DNA from: Felis catus
Lineage: Eukaryota
DNA: 64,000 bases
NCBI RefSeq assembly: GCF_018350175.1
Contig: NC_058368.1
Location: 81,284,001 to 81,348,000 of the forward strand
Direction: 5' to 3'
The position numbers and the translations under genes are program-made. Positions 12,501 to 26,059 of the stretch are shown one piece after another. The notes under the pieces were generated by a model. It was not told the DNA's origin. It did no database searches and saw only the letters and a program-made list of their open reading frames with translations. Position 1 is the stretch's first letter; the number at the start of each line of letters is the position of its first letter.

Positions 12501-15500
12501 GTGATTACGACAAGTGACATCATCACTGATGAGAGGGAGGTGAGGCACCAACACCGAAGTCGATAACGTGAGTGTCGTCCGCCTAAAACGGAGCCCGCAC
12601 TCCAACTGCTTGTCCCCCGGTGGGGTTCTCGGGGTCCGCTGGGGGCTCGTCCAGCAGCTGCAGCGCTCAGTGCCCCTGGGGGGCTTTCCTGGGCACCCGG
12701 CGGGTCTGCCACCAGCATTCACGGGGACACAAGTGGCAAGGACATGAGTGAGTCCCCATAAAGGGCAGACACTTCCCCACGTCACTGCCAGCCACAGGTC
12801 TAGACTCCCCATTCTGATGCTCAGGACACCCCAAGGCCAGAGGAGGGGGGCCCGGGTCCTCGTCGCCTCCGTGCTGATCAGGGAGGTGCTCGGCAGCGGT
12901 GTGCCGAGTGAGGGAGCGTTAGTGCTGCCCTTTATGAGCGCCTACTGTATGCCAGGCACTGTGCTGGGAGCCCCGTGCGTACCGTCTCCCACGCTCAGCA
13001 CGATGCCACAGAGCACATGCTGCACTCCACGCGTGTAGCTGTGGAAACCGTGGCTCCACGGCCGCTTCTGCCCGAGTCCCGGCCATGTAAGCAGTGGGGC
13101 GACAGCCCCAGCTGGTCTGCCTGACTCCACACCTCCGCCCTTCCTGCCCCGCACATCCCCGTCCCCCAGAAGCAGACTCGCTTCAACGGCCAGTCTGGTC
13201 AGGTTTACCTGAACACCTGCTGCCTGTCCTGTGTGCCTCTGGGCCTGGGCGCTGTGGCGCCTGCTCCCCTTCCCTCGGTCCACGGTGAGTGCCTGCTCGT
13301 GCTCCAGGACTTGGCTCCGCGCACAGGCTGTGCGGGTCGGTTCCCTGCCCCTCTGCCTCCTGGCTGTGCAAGCGGGAGCTAGTTCCCCAAACCCTACACT
13401 TGGCTGCTCTGAGATGCAACGCTCACCGCCTACGGTGGGCGGCAGGCTGACTAAAGCCCACTCAGCATTAATGTCCTCTTACCTCCCATCAGCTGTCTCC
13501 CCCTCCCCTGCTTTTGGTGTCAGATACCCCTTGTCTCTCTCTCGTGGTGGCTGGTGGGTGCCCCTGTGCTCACCCTGGCTGCCCTGAATTTCACTGTCCA
13601 GTTCCCTTTTGGCTGACTGTTCCAGACCATCACCTACTTGCAGAGAAAATTCTCGTTCATGTGTGTGCAGCCATTTCCTTGTCCGTCTGGATTCCCCGGG
13701 TCCGTGCGGGTAGAAACCTGGTTTATCTCGCTCACTTTGACACCTGTATCCGTGGTCGTGGGTCCTCGGTAAGTGCCTGAGGGTGACTGAGTAGCCAGGT
13801 GGCCCATGCTGAGTAAAAAGGTGGGCCCCCACCTTGCAGATCGGCAGTCAAGGTCAGGACACCCAGGACAGGCCGAGAACTAGGCGCCCCCCCCCCCCCC
13901 GGGGTTGCTGCAAAGCCTCGGGGAGGGTGCGAGGGACACATGTGGCCTGGCCCGGGAAAAGTCCAGTGACTCGTTTTGAGGGTTGAAGGGGGATTTGAAT
14001 TTGGGTAAGAGAAGGGACACAGAAGAGCAACCACAGAAGCCACGTGTGGAAGGAACCAGAGAGGCTGGCCCAGCCGCCCGCCCTGGGACGGGTCCCGGAG
14101 CTGGGTATGTGCACTGCACTCCCTGCCATCACATTACACAAGAGGGAAAGACCCGTGCAGAGGCGGGGGCCCTGGCTGCTGGGAAGGGCGGAGCTCGCAG
14201 ACGCAGGGCGCTGTGGCCCCGCCAGGGGGTGCACTGAATGAAGGTCATTGCCCTTATCTCTCTCCTCTCCAAAGGTCTACCTTCTTTCTCCCAGCGGCCC
14301 GTGGAAAGGTGACCTTGTCCACGATGCCTTTGGCAGCCAGCCTCGTGCTTCCATGCCTCCACTTCATTGCTGCAGCCGCCACGGGTGCCTGTTCTTCACG
14401 GATGCTCTTGTGTCTGTGATGAGTGTCCACTGGGATTCTCTGCAGCTGTAAGCTCCCTGAGGTCCAGAACTATGTGTTTCTGGTTTTCTCCCCTGACGAC
14501 TCCCTGGAAGTTCCCTGGCTTCTGCCCACGTGTCGCTGCCCATGACGCGCTTGAGTATAGGGACGTGTCCATCATTTGTGTCCCCTGGATAGACTGTCAT
14601 CTCCTTAAAGATCAGGTCTTAGCAATTTTACATCCCCAGAGACTAGGAAAGTGCTTGCACGGGTGTCCGGTGTTAGTGTTTGTTAAATCAAAGAGCAGAT
14701 GAATGGATGAATGGATGAACCAACGAATGGACAAAAACACCCAACCGTCCCAGATCTGGTGACGTATCTCCCGATGGTTTAGCAAAAGCACAGCAAGCAG
14801 TCTAGGGGCCCCTGTGACAACTGAGGGCCCTCGGGAGGGGGCAGGCAGTGGGGCTCCAGCCTGGATCCCAGGAAGGACTCCTGACCCCTGAAAATGTGAC
14901 CCACCAGCAACCTTTGTCACATTCACAAAAATGGGGTATCGGGTGCACTGAAACCATAGGGTTCATGGACACACTGCCAGAATCAGGAAGCTGTCCACCC
15001 CCACCACTCTGAGAAAATCTCTCAACCCCCCAAAAACTGTGACCCCACATCAGGCTGCACGTCCCCACTGTGGCCTTGCTCACAAACGCTGTTCACGGAG
15101 CTGTGGACACAAGAGCACCACTGGGGAGGGGTCCCAACCATACAGCGTTTCCAGGTGGCAGGAAATGGCCACTCAGCAAGAGGGGGTGCCCGCTTCCCCC
15201 TGGAACTGTCTCCCAGGTGAGACACCCTATGTGGGGGGACGTAGTCTACACTTGGCACCCCAGCGGCAAATGCGCTCTGAGCTCCGGCCCCCACAGGAGA
15301 GGAAGACAGACGTGCCTCCTGTGTGGGAAGGATGGTGTCAGCTCACAGGTGTGTAACGAGTCGGCACGGGACGCACTTTGTGGCGGAGACCTTGCATCGC
15401 CGTGTCTGGAACATGCCAACAGCAAGGAGACAGTGCTTCCTGATGTCCCCTCTGCATTCTTCATCGAAGTTAGTAAATAAATGAGGTGCTAATTCCTGCG

Positions 15501-16999
15501 GATACCATTTCCTGCACCATCGAAACCAGCCAGCATCGCCCTGGAAGGCCAGCCCCAGACCAGCACTGAGCACTCTCATGCTCCCTCTCATTCCAGGATT
15601 CACAAGTGCAGTGCGGTCACCGGAGCCCCATGGAAAGAACCCTCCTCCCCTCCCTTCAAATCCCCGCTATAGAGTCTCTTTTCTGGAATTCTCCTTGTGA
15701 CCCATTAGAACAGAACAAAACCAGGCACCTTTCGATCCCACGTGGGGATGGGCAACCTCGCGTGCACACAGGGCCGTCTCCCCAGAGGACGCCAGCTCGG
15801 CCAGGAGGACTCCCCTCTGCCCCCGCCTCACGCCAGCTCGCTCTCTGCGGGCCCTGGGAACCCCACTCTCTTGCCCATGAGCAGAAGTTGGCGTCGTGGT
15901 TGAGTACTCGGCCTGGAAGGCGCCCCCAGCAGACGTGGTCTGACGCCTGGCCGCAGGAGGGGCTCACTGCTCCCCAGGAGTCCAAACCCAGACTCGTCCC
16001 TTTCTCCGGGTGACTTCACGGGCCTCCCTCACGGTTTCCTCATGGAGCCTGTGGCTCTACAAGCAAATAGTAAGTTGTACTTCCTGCCCTCTTGGTCAGC
16101 ACCTGTCACTGAAGGAGGCCTGGTGGCCTTGGTAGAAGTCGGACTGAGTGCAGCAGGACGGAGCTGTTGGCATCCAGGCTGTGATGCTGTATTTGAAATC
16201 TAAGCGGTCACAGCTTGTGGGACGCAAACATTTTTAGGGGTTGGTGAGCTGGCAGCTGGCGGGTCTCTAGTGGTCTGGTCACTGGGGATACAGCAGGGCC
16301 CCGTGTGGCCATTTGTCCAGGACAGGCACCGGGCCTGTGACGCCGTCGTGGCCCCTGCTCCTACTAATGGAAGTGTCCTTCTCCCGTGCAAGGAGACCAA
16401 GTTTCCTGGGTGCCCGCGGGCTGCCAGGGTGACTCCATCTGCCGTCCGAAAAGCTGGCGGGAGGGGCAGGAGGCGGAGACACCCCTGTGAATGGGGACCC
16501 GGCGCTTTCCTCTCCATCGGGTCCCAGGGAGCAGAAGCAACACTAAACTCCGTGTTCGCCCATGTGTTGGGCACCCGCATCTCTGTGAAAGCCTCTTGGT
16601 TCGCACAGAAGGAAAAGAACCCGCTGCCAGCACCACACCAGAACCGGGAACTGGTCCTTATCAACCTAGTGGACCCGCCGATTCCCCTTCCTGACCCCAT
16701 TTCGGGGGCCTCTTGTTCCTTGGGCCTCACACTTGGATGCACCTTTTCCACCCCAGCTCCTGTCTCCTTCGTGTCTGGAGGGTCCTCACTGTGTCCAAGA
16801 GCCCTGTAGCCGGTGCCCCCGGCATTCACTGACCCACTAAGGTGTCGAGTATCAGAAGCAGACCTTACAGCCCATCTAGTCTCATCCAGATTCCTTATTC
16901 CACTGGTGAGAAGCCAGAGAGCCAGAGAGGGGGCTTCCTAGGGCCACCGTCAGAGCAGCCACCCCAGGTTTATCGTCCGTTGTCAACCATCACTTTCAA

Positions 17000-17213
17000 A
17001 AAAAATTTTTTTAATGTGTATTTATTTTTGAGAGAGAGACAGAGCGTGAGCAGGGGAGGGGCAGAGAGAGAGAGGGAGACACAGAATCTGAAGCAGGCTC
17101 CAGGCTCCGAGCTGTCAGCACAGAGCCTGACGTGGTGCTCGAACCCATGAACCGGGAGAACACGACCTGAGCCAAAGTTGGACACTTAAACGACTGAGCC
17201 ACCCAGGCGCCCC
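17000..17213 (-). mobile_element. CanSINE (SINEC_Fc-like)
   Basis: T tail, (GA)n, ends GAGCCACCCAGGCGCCCC. Confidence 0.93.
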
Positions 17214-17869
17214 TAACACCACTTTAATCTTTGCGTTTGTTATTGGAGGACAGACCTGCTTCTGTTAAAACAATAAGAAAAAGATGCTGTTTATTTAGCA
17301 TGTATCAGAGCCCACACTGACTCCCATCACAGGGCTGTCTGTTTGTTCCGATGAGAAAACCAAACCTTTTAAGAAGTTGTGTCACCAATCATCGCGTGGC
17401 AGAGACCGCCTGCTGGCTGCATACATGCCCCTGGGCATTCCTGAGGAGCTGACCCCCTGGTCCCCTGTGTCCCTTGCCTTGGAAACAGCCTCTGGACACA
17501 AACCACAGCAGGCACAGCGGGAGGGCCCCTTAACTTGGGCAAGTGAGAGCCGAGGTTCTGGAAAGGAAGTGGAGACGCACCAGCACCCCTGGGCTCTGCC
17601 CAATTATCCACCACGCGTCCAGCCAGTTTTTAAAAATTACTCAGGCAGTGGGGTTGTCACGGGCTGAATTGTGTCTCCTCAGAATTCATGTGTTCGAGTC
17701 CTGAGCCCCAGGAGCCCCGAATGTGACCTCGTCTGAAGACACAGGAGCAGTCGGACCCCTTGCTAGCTGCAGTCTCCACCTCCGTGGATCCCAACTCTTC
17801 TCAGCCTGTGCAGAGTGTCTCTCAGCCTCAAAGCCTGGGCCCCTGCCCCCTCTCAGAGCTCACGCCCAG

Positions 17870-18490
17870 TCCATGGGCAAACAGATCTCATCCCATGCTC
17901 ACGTCCACATCTCCACCACGGACACTGCCCCCACCCACATTGTCCCCCCTGCAGCCAGTAGCTAGCACGACGTTTGGAAATGTACCACAGTCTCATCACT
18001 GTCTCGCTCAGGATCTTCCGGAGCCTCCCAGCTCGCTCAAAATGCAAGCTAAAGCGTTCACAGAGTCCTCCAAGGTCATCCCTCCACACCTGACCACCAC
18101 CCTCCCCCTCCTACTCCAGAAAACCGGTTGCTTATGGTTCCTGGAGCACTCCAAACTCCCTCCCACCCCATGCTTGCTCTGTCTAGAAAGCTCTGTTTGA
18201 ATGTCTTCTTCTCACTGAGACCTGCCCTGGCCCGCCCAAGTCCCTCCCCCTTAACCGCGCCCTGCTGTCCCCGAAGCATGTGGTGGCATTGAACATCTGC
18301 ACACGGCGCTCGGATCTGTTAGCTTCCCGCCAGCTCCCCCCCGCTGAAGTGCAAGTCCCTCATGTCGGCACTTGAGTTGGTTCACGCCCGCCCTGCAGAG
18401 CCCACATTACTGGCCTGGCAAGAGGCCCCCCAACTATGCACCGAATTCACGAATTTGGTGAATGAATTCACGAATTCACGAATGAGTGAC
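17870..18490 (+). mobile_element. L2 LINE 3' relic
   Basis: L2-like body ending in a TGAATGAA-derived tail. Confidence 0.55.
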
Positions 18491-18799
18491 TTTTGCTCCG
18501 TCACCATCAACTGAGAAGAGAAATCTGCTAATCCTCCTAGATTCTAGCCAATCTCTTATCTCCTTGTTTCTCTTGCTACAAAATGGAAGCAATACCATAA
18601 TACTAGCGATGCGACAAATGCACACATTTGCTTCACGAGAGCAACAGTTATTAGAAGTGTTCCAAGCATTGCTTTGGAGGAAATATAAAACACATCTCTT
18701 CCCTGCTAAGGACCTCTGCTATACAGATGAGCAGTCACGGTAGCCTTGGTGTGTCTACACCTGCAAAGTTCAGTGTGATAGCTCTCTGTGGTTCTTTAA

Positions 18800-18930
18800 A
18801 TGTAAACTGAATAAAATTAAAGTTTCAATAGCTCAGTAGCATTCAGGTGCTCACCAGCCACAGCTAGCTGGTGGTTACAACCATGGACATTCCAGATACG
18901 GGACATTGCCATCATCACAAGGTTTTTGAA
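18800..18930 (-). mobile_element. MER3-like relic
   Basis: AATAAAATTAAA...CTCAGTAGCATTCAGGTGCTCACCAGCCAC...CATTGCCATCATCACA, the reverse of the MER3 pattern. Confidence 0.55.
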
Positions 18931-20464
18931 AGCTTGGGTCTAAAACCTTGATTGCCTAGAATTATTCTCCGTCTCCAATTAATTTAGGGACCGACTGAGA
19001 TTATTTAATGCAGAGAAAAAGAAAATAATTTCTCCTATTTAAACAACAAAAATTAGCAGGTTCACAAAAAATATTTCAATAAACTATCTTGCCATCTGCC
19101 CAGATTCCACATGACTGTGTACATGGAAAAGAAACCGTGATAAAACCAGATGACATGGGCATGAGCATCGGCTTTGGAACGTATCTTAAATCATCCCCCT
19201 AACGCTCCGTGCCGCCGTTCCTACGTTCCCACTGCAGGCGACCGTGCAAAACCGCATCAACATTTAATACGCAGAAGTCCCCTGCGGGTGCCGACACAGC
19301 CACGTTTGTCCCGATGCCCCTGGAATCACAAAACGGCAGTGTGGAACCAGGGCTGTGAAAGGTGGTCTGACACACGTGTTGCTTCCCGGCCACATTTTTA
19401 AACCTGAAATGTGTAGGAACCCCCAATTCTCCAACTCTCCCACCTTGGAAAGGGGTTTCCAAACCTTGGGACTCATGCATGTTGTCTGTCCCACCGTGAC
19501 TCTGTTTTTGGAACCTGGAACAGGGCACTTTTCGGTTTGGGAAGGCTCCTCCCTAGCTTGTCTCCAGGAAAGCTGGTTGAGTTCATTTATGCCAAAGGCT
19601 TTACGCTCGTTGGAAAGAAACTTCATCTACCGCACCTAAATGACTGTGATATGCAACTAAAATTATCCTGATGCAAACCTCATCCCATTAAGCAAAGACT
19701 AAAAGCTGAGGACGGGGAGACGCTGCCTCCAGAACCCTTGCCAAGCATCCTACCTGCTCGGCACACACGCATCAGAAATGGCATTTTGCATAAGTGGTTT
19801 TTATTCAGCGATTATTGAGAAATCACCTCTCTATCACAGCACCCCCTCAGTGGGTAATTGACAAGTGCTCGCTCTGGCAGGCAAGAGAAAATGTAACAAA
19901 CTATAGAATATGCATGGAAACATATAGCATACTTCCTTTGGCTAAAATGCACAACAATTTGTTGGGAAGAGGTTTAATCTTTTGCTCTGTTAATACCTTT
20001 AACCTTTTAAAAAAGACCAAATCATTGTCTTTTTGAGACCAGTGAAACTTCTGGTTTTCCCAGCTGCGTTCCCAGAAACACGTGTGGATTCAACAGTGTG
20101 TGTTAACCCAAAGTCCCACTGGACCCTTAGCGCTATGAACACAAGAGGTGGCTAATCCAGGCTGATGCCAGGGAGAAAAATATATTTCTGTTGGAAAAAC
20201 AGTGGGATTGCACCAAAATATGTGAAATCAGCACACTTTATTTCCTCAGAAGTCGATCCTTTAGACTCCAGTTTAACAATGACAAATTCTGCAGACTAAG
20301 AAAAAGCTTCGTTAACGAAGCAGAGAAGGACCTTCCTCAATGGCTGCCCTTGAAGTTTGCAAAGGAAGGTCAGACAAAAACGAGGTATGCTGTCCTCACC
20401 CCTTCACACCTGTGCCGTCACCTCCCTGTCTCAGTCGTCGCTGCCTTTTCTAGTTGGACCTCTA

Positions 20465-21040
20465 CTGTGGGTTGAATTGCATTCCCACAAAAAAGCCATG
20501 TTGATGGCCAATCCTCAGTACCCCGATGTGACCCTGTTTGGAAATAAGGCCTTTAAAGGTGTAATTAGTTAAGATGAGGTCATACTGCAGTAGGAAGGGC
20601 CCTGATCCAATATGGCAGGGGTCCTTCTAAGGAGGCAAGAAAGACAGACACACACGGAGGGAAGAATGCCATGTCACAATGGAGGCAGAGCCTGGGGAGA
20701 TGCACCTACAAGCTGAGAGATGTCAGGGACCACCGCCACCAGACAGATGCCATGGACCAAGGCCACCAGACAGATGTCACGAACCACCACCAGACAGATG
20801 CCACGGACCAGACCACTGCCACCAGAGAGATGTCATGGACCACCACCACCAGAGAGATGCCAGGGACCAAAGCTACCAGAGAGACGTCACAGACCACTGC
20901 CACCAGAGGCCAGAGAGGTGAGGAAGTTCTCTTTCTACCTGGTCTCAGAGGAGCAGGGCCCCCAGAACGATGAAAGCATCAATTTCTATTGTTGTGAGCC
21001 ATCCGTCTGTGGCACTTTGTTAAGGCAGCCCCAGAACACT
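20465..21040 (+). mobile_element. MLT1 (MaLR) solo LTR with an internal tandem expansion
   Basis: TGTGGGTTGAATTG...GATGTGACCCTGTTTGGAAATAAGG...TAATTAGTTAAGATGAGGTCATACTG...AATTTCTATTGTT..AGCCA...GTGGCACTTTGTTAAGGCAGCCC. Confidence 0.85.
20716..20907 (+). repeat. ~27-bp minisatellite, ~7 copies
   Basis: Unit GASAGATGYCAYGGACCACYGCCACCA repeated with variation. Confidence 0.85.
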
Positions 21041-22819
21041 CATGCCCTGTATGGGGGAGACCCAGGAAGCTGCCCCCCTTCCCAGATGGGTGGTGATGTC
21101 ACTGTCCCTACAGCCGCGTCACTGCATACACGTGAGTTTAGAAGGAAATGTGAAAGTAGCTGTTATTCAGAGTGGTAGAATTAAGTATGTATTTTCTTTT
21201 CTCTAATCCTCCAATTTTATCTAATGCTGATATCTCATGTACATTTTTGTGAAGGTTAATAAAAGAAATTCATAGGCTAAGTGGGTTTTCAGATCCGAGT
21301 AACCATGTTACTGCTGGAAGGCCCTGGAAATGCCTGATTCCACCCACATGGCTGGTGAAGGCCACACCTGCAGCCTCTCTCCAGCCAGTCAGAGCCGTCA
21401 CTCACCCTGACGTGGAGGTGTTTCGGCACCCTCTGAGATTCTAGGCTGGGGACGAGCGCCTGCCCCCATGACAGCGTCACCCCAGCATTCTCTGGTGTCC
21501 ATCGGGGGTGTTGGAAAGACAGTCAATACAGGTGGTGCTTTTTTGAAGGGTGACTCTTCCCCTGGCTGCTTTTCAGTTCTGTCTTTGGTCTTTGGAGTCC
21601 CACTGTGACACACCTGCCATGGCTCCCCCTTCATCTATCCCGCTTAAAGTACACTGGGCTTCTTGAATCTGGGTTGGATGTCATTTAATAGTTCTGGAAG
21701 ATTATCGGCCATTGTGTTTTCCACTATTTCGTTCTCTGTATCCACCCTTCTTGGGCTTGTGTGTCTTACACTGTTACCCTGGGTGCCCTCTGTCCCTTAC
21801 CTGTCCTCTGGCATTCTCACTGTCTGTCTGTCCATGGTGATGTTTGGATGGGCTTCTGAACCAGCTCCCAATCTCTAGCTTTCTCTTTTGCTCTGCCTGA
21901 TTTGGTCTCCAGTCTATCCAGTGAGTTCTTGGTTGACTTGTCATTTTCAGTTCTGAATTTTTAAAAATTCCTATTTCACATTCTGTAGTTTCCAATTCCC
22001 CGCCCGTTGACTTCAGTGTGGTTTGATCTCTTACAACACAGTAAACGCAATCACCGTAGAAACCACACCTACCAACTTCTGTACCCGGACCCGCTCCCAG
22101 GCTGCTGCTGACACCCTGGGTCCTGCTTCTCACTCCCAGTGTGTCGTCCCTTCGTGTCTGCTGGTCTCCGGCTGTGTGCTGGACACAGTGCTCTGAGGAA
22201 ATCACTGCAGGCCTAGAGTGATGTTGCCTTCCCTCAGGAAGATTTTTATTTGCTCCCGGAGGTCACAGGCAGAGGTAGTGGTCTGGGACCACCTTAAGCC
22301 AGCGTCAAGCCCCGAAGTTTCCTGGGCACCAGTTGGTTGAACTACGGAACTCTGCAAAGCTGCTACGGCTTCCTCTGCCGAGTGCCAGCTGGGGATGGGG
22401 GAGTGGGGGACGCTTTAGCAAAATTCTCCAATCTGGTGGGCCCCAAACTCCAACCTTTTCCCTTGGCTCCATAGGGCCACCAAAGGCATACTTCAGTCCC
22501 TGTCTCTGTTCAGTCAGTGCCTAGAAGATCCAAAGAGGCCGTCCAGGCCAGAGTCTGTCTCTGGGCTCCAGTCCTTTCCCAGATGTGGTGCAGTAATGTC
22601 TCAGTCTCTTATTACTTCTCTGATGCTTTAAAAAAAATGATTGTGTTTGTTTTCCAGTTTGCTCAGGTTTTTGGGTGATCCTCTGTGGGACAGAGTAAAT
22701 TATATAGTCAGTATATACTATGATATGTGCCTTTATGATTTGCAAATTATATTTGAATGTAATTTTGTATATCATAAATATATATTATACTTGCTTTCAT
22801 AATTTGCAAGTTATATTTG

Positions 22820-22820
<1 letters not shown>

Positions 22821-22855
<35 letters not shown>
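22821..22855. repeat. (CA)n microsatellite
   Basis: Direct reading. Confidence 0.95.
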
Positions 22856-22856
<1 letters not shown>

Positions 22857-23019
22857 TCACACAGTTACCGTGGTAGGAAGCCATCTAGCCTGCCATTACT
22901 GGAAGTGGAAGTTCCCTCAATAAGAAACTCAAGTGTAGATAAAACTGCACTTATAAAAATTTCCATTAAAAAATTCCTCTTGAAGCCCTTTAAAAATTTT
23001 CCAAGTGATAGACCTTCAC

Positions 23020-23190
23020 ATGTATTAATTCATCCAGTGTCACTGCAGCTACCTCGGACATTATACTGTCATTATCTACAGTTTTAAATGAAGAAATTGT
23101 GGTCCAGAGACATAGAATAACTTGACCGAGAACACACAATGAGTCAGGGGCAGGGCTACAATTTAAACCCAGGCCTGCCTAACTTCCTAG
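23020..23190 (-). mobile_element. MIR SINE relic
   Basis: TTTTAAATGAAGAAATTG.GG.CCAGAGA...AATAACTTG.CC.AG...ATTTAAACCCAGG MIR core. Confidence 0.65.
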
Positions 23191-24199
23191 CCTATTCTTT
23201 TTATCTCTGCATTAAAGACAGGATAGAAAACTGATATTTTAATCTGTTTTGTGCAAGCAGGAAAGAGTTCTTCGGGAGATGAGTGGCATTCATGAACAGC
23301 CAAGAAATCAATGGATAAAATATGCTTTCACTGCATATTTTATACAAATTACTTCAACCATAAAATTTGACAGCTTGTAAATAATGGCTTAAGAAACCCA
23401 GAGAAAAGAGGCAAAATTAATTTAGAGGCTGATTGTCCCCAGTCTTTCGCTGAAACCCCCCGTTCTCTGCCTCCCAACCCATGACGGCATCTCGTGTATG
23501 TTCACTTCATTTCCATTTTCCTTCAATTTCTCTCTGTGTCTAAATGATGGAAGAGTTACAACACAAATGTGCATTTATTTTAGGAAGTATATAGGATGAA
23601 AAACAAGCTTAAATTTTTTAAATCATTGAAACGAGTTTCTATTCTAGCAAGCACAAAGCAGTGTGGGATGGTGATGAGGAAGCAGACAGTACATAATCAC
23701 GTACTTACGTGCTAAACTGAGATTTACAGTAGTCTCACCCCAAAAAACGCGTGAAGTCTCTTTTAGGAACATTACGTTGCACCTTTTATCGTTCTCTTAA
23801 AATATAAGACAGTCGATTTCTTTTTGCTTTTGCAAAAACACAAATTTTAGTAAAGTATCAAAACGATCATTGAGAATCCTCACTAACTTCCGTTTGGGAA
23901 TTGATCACATGAGACAGCTTCAAACAAATACACAACCTTGTTTTTCTCTAAAAGTCTTCCCATGCACATCAATCCAACAGGCAAATCTGAAACCCCGGGC
24001 ACTTCCTGGGGTCCTTTTAACATGCGGCTCCTGATTCAGTGGGTCTGGGGTGGACTCCCAGGTAACGATCATGCTGCTGGGTGTGGGACATTTTATTTTT
24101 AGGCTTCACAGTTCAGCAGTGTAGTCCTTGAATGACATACAGGATATGTAAGAAATATCCAGTAATAGTACCAATAAAAAAATGTTCAGTAATACTCTC

Positions 24200-24398
24200 A
24201 TTATTTTTTTGATGTTTATTTATTTTTGAGAGAGAGAGCAGGGAAGGGCCGAGAGAGAGGGAGACCCAGAATCCGCAGCAGGCTCCAGGCTCTGAGCTGT
24301 CAGCACAGAGCCCGACGCGGGGCTCGAACTCACGAACCGTGAGATCATGACCTGAGCTGAAGTCGGACGCTTAACCGACTGAGCCACCCAGATGCCCC
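24200..24398 (-). mobile_element. CanSINE (SINEC_Fc-like, CpG-rich/young)
   Basis: GAGCCCGACGCGGGGCTCGAACTCACGAACCGTGAGATCATGACCTGAGC. Confidence 0.94.
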
Positions 24399-25468
24399 GG
24401 ATTTTTAAATCTAAGTAAATTTGTCTAAAAAATTAGATAAGACTTCATTAGCATTGTCTTTTAATATTATTTTCTAGCACTGCAAATAATTGTCAAGCAG
24501 GCATGTGAAACACCGTTGTTTTTTTTTTTTTTTTTTGGATATTTTTTATTGATATGCAGAACTTCACTTTTTGAGAGAACATCCCATGGAGCCTCAAAGA
24601 AAAGACCTCAGTAAGTGTATCTGTTATCAGAAGAGACAGACAGGGAGGCAGACAGATTGTTGTACCTTTAAGCCTACTAGGGGAGTAAAACAAAAATGTG
24701 TTTTTGTGTCAAGTAACAAGAAAAAATGGGGAAAAGTGTTAACTTGGTGTCTTCGTAGGCAATACCGTATTTGTCCTCACGAGTGACAAACACTAAGTTC
24801 AGTGTGATACAGCATGCTTCCTTTATTGCCAAGTGCAACTCACTTAGAATAGAGGACTCATAACCCCAAACACAAATTACTACTATTTAAAAAAGAAAAA
24901 CACATGGCCAATATCCAATGAGAGAAGGAAAGAGAGGGACAGACAGACAGAAAGAATAGAGAGAGAAAGAGAAGGAGGAGGGTGGGAGGAGGGGAAGAAA
25001 GAAAGACTAAAATAGCAAATCTCATGGTGGATGCTTGGCTGTTCCTTTTTTTATCCCCAAAGAAATGCATCTTTATTTTATCATTTACATAGATACCCAG
25101 AGCCAAGTAACTATTCAGTTCCAAAGTCTCTCCATGAACCTCTCAGGAGGAAAAATTATTCTGAATGCCCTTGGGCAGCGATGTGAAAAATAATAATCAA
25201 TTTATATTGCAAACAAATCTCAGTTCTTAAAAATGGGCCGGGTTCCTTACTCACCATTCTGTCCCTTATCTGTCATGAAACAAGGACTCTTGAGGAAAAG
25301 CAAGAAACAGGCAGAGAAACAAGGTATCAGTACAATGGAGGTAGACTGTTTGTTGTATTTGAAAAGAACACAGCGATTCCTCAACATAGCCTAGTTTCTC
25401 ACTGGACGGTAACAGGCACTTCATCCTCAAGAAATTTCCTAAGAGTGAGTTAAAAACTCTGTTGGCAA

Positions 25469-25720
25469 GGGGCGCCTGGGTGGCTCAGTCAGTCGGTTAA
25501 GCGTCCGACTTCGGCTCAGGTCATGATCTCGTGGTTCGTGAGTTCGAGCCCCACGTCGGGCTCTGTGCTGACAGCTCAGAGCCTGGAGCCTGTTTCAGAT
25601 TCTGTGTCTCCCTCTCTCTCTCTCCTCCTCCCCCGTTCATGCTCTGTTTCTCTCTGTCTCAAAAGTAAATAAACGTTAAAAAAAAATTAAAAAACAAAAC
25701 AAAAAAACCAAAAAACAAAA
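25469..25720 (+). mobile_element. CanSINE (SINEC_Fc-like)
   Basis: Canonical head and tail; TSD ctctgttggcaa on both sides. Confidence 0.95.
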
Positions 25721-26059
25721 AACCTCTGTTGGCAAAATATTCTGAAAATTCATGAACTCCCAGTGCTTGGGTTCACTTTGTGATCAAAGTTCTCATCCTC
25801 AACATTGTGTTTTGCTTCCTTTTTTTTTTTTTTTTCATTTTTTTTTTTCTCTATCGGGAAATAAGCATGAACTTGTTGGAATTCGTGGTGCCAAGGGTAT
25901 GGATTCAGACTCCACATGGATGTGTCACCTCCATACTGCTTCTAAAGTCACGGACTTACTCTCTGAATGCTTAGTTCTCTTTTAAGCAAATTATGGGAAG
26001 ACCAAAAACAATCTTATTTTGCATGTTTGTTGCTTTTCATTTCTGCCTCTTGACGCCGG

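Noticed and set aside
19835..19856. CTCF-like motif (also near 14220, 36655, 58985)
   Set aside because: Each deviates from the core consensus by a mismatch or in spacing; not supportable without a matrix scan.
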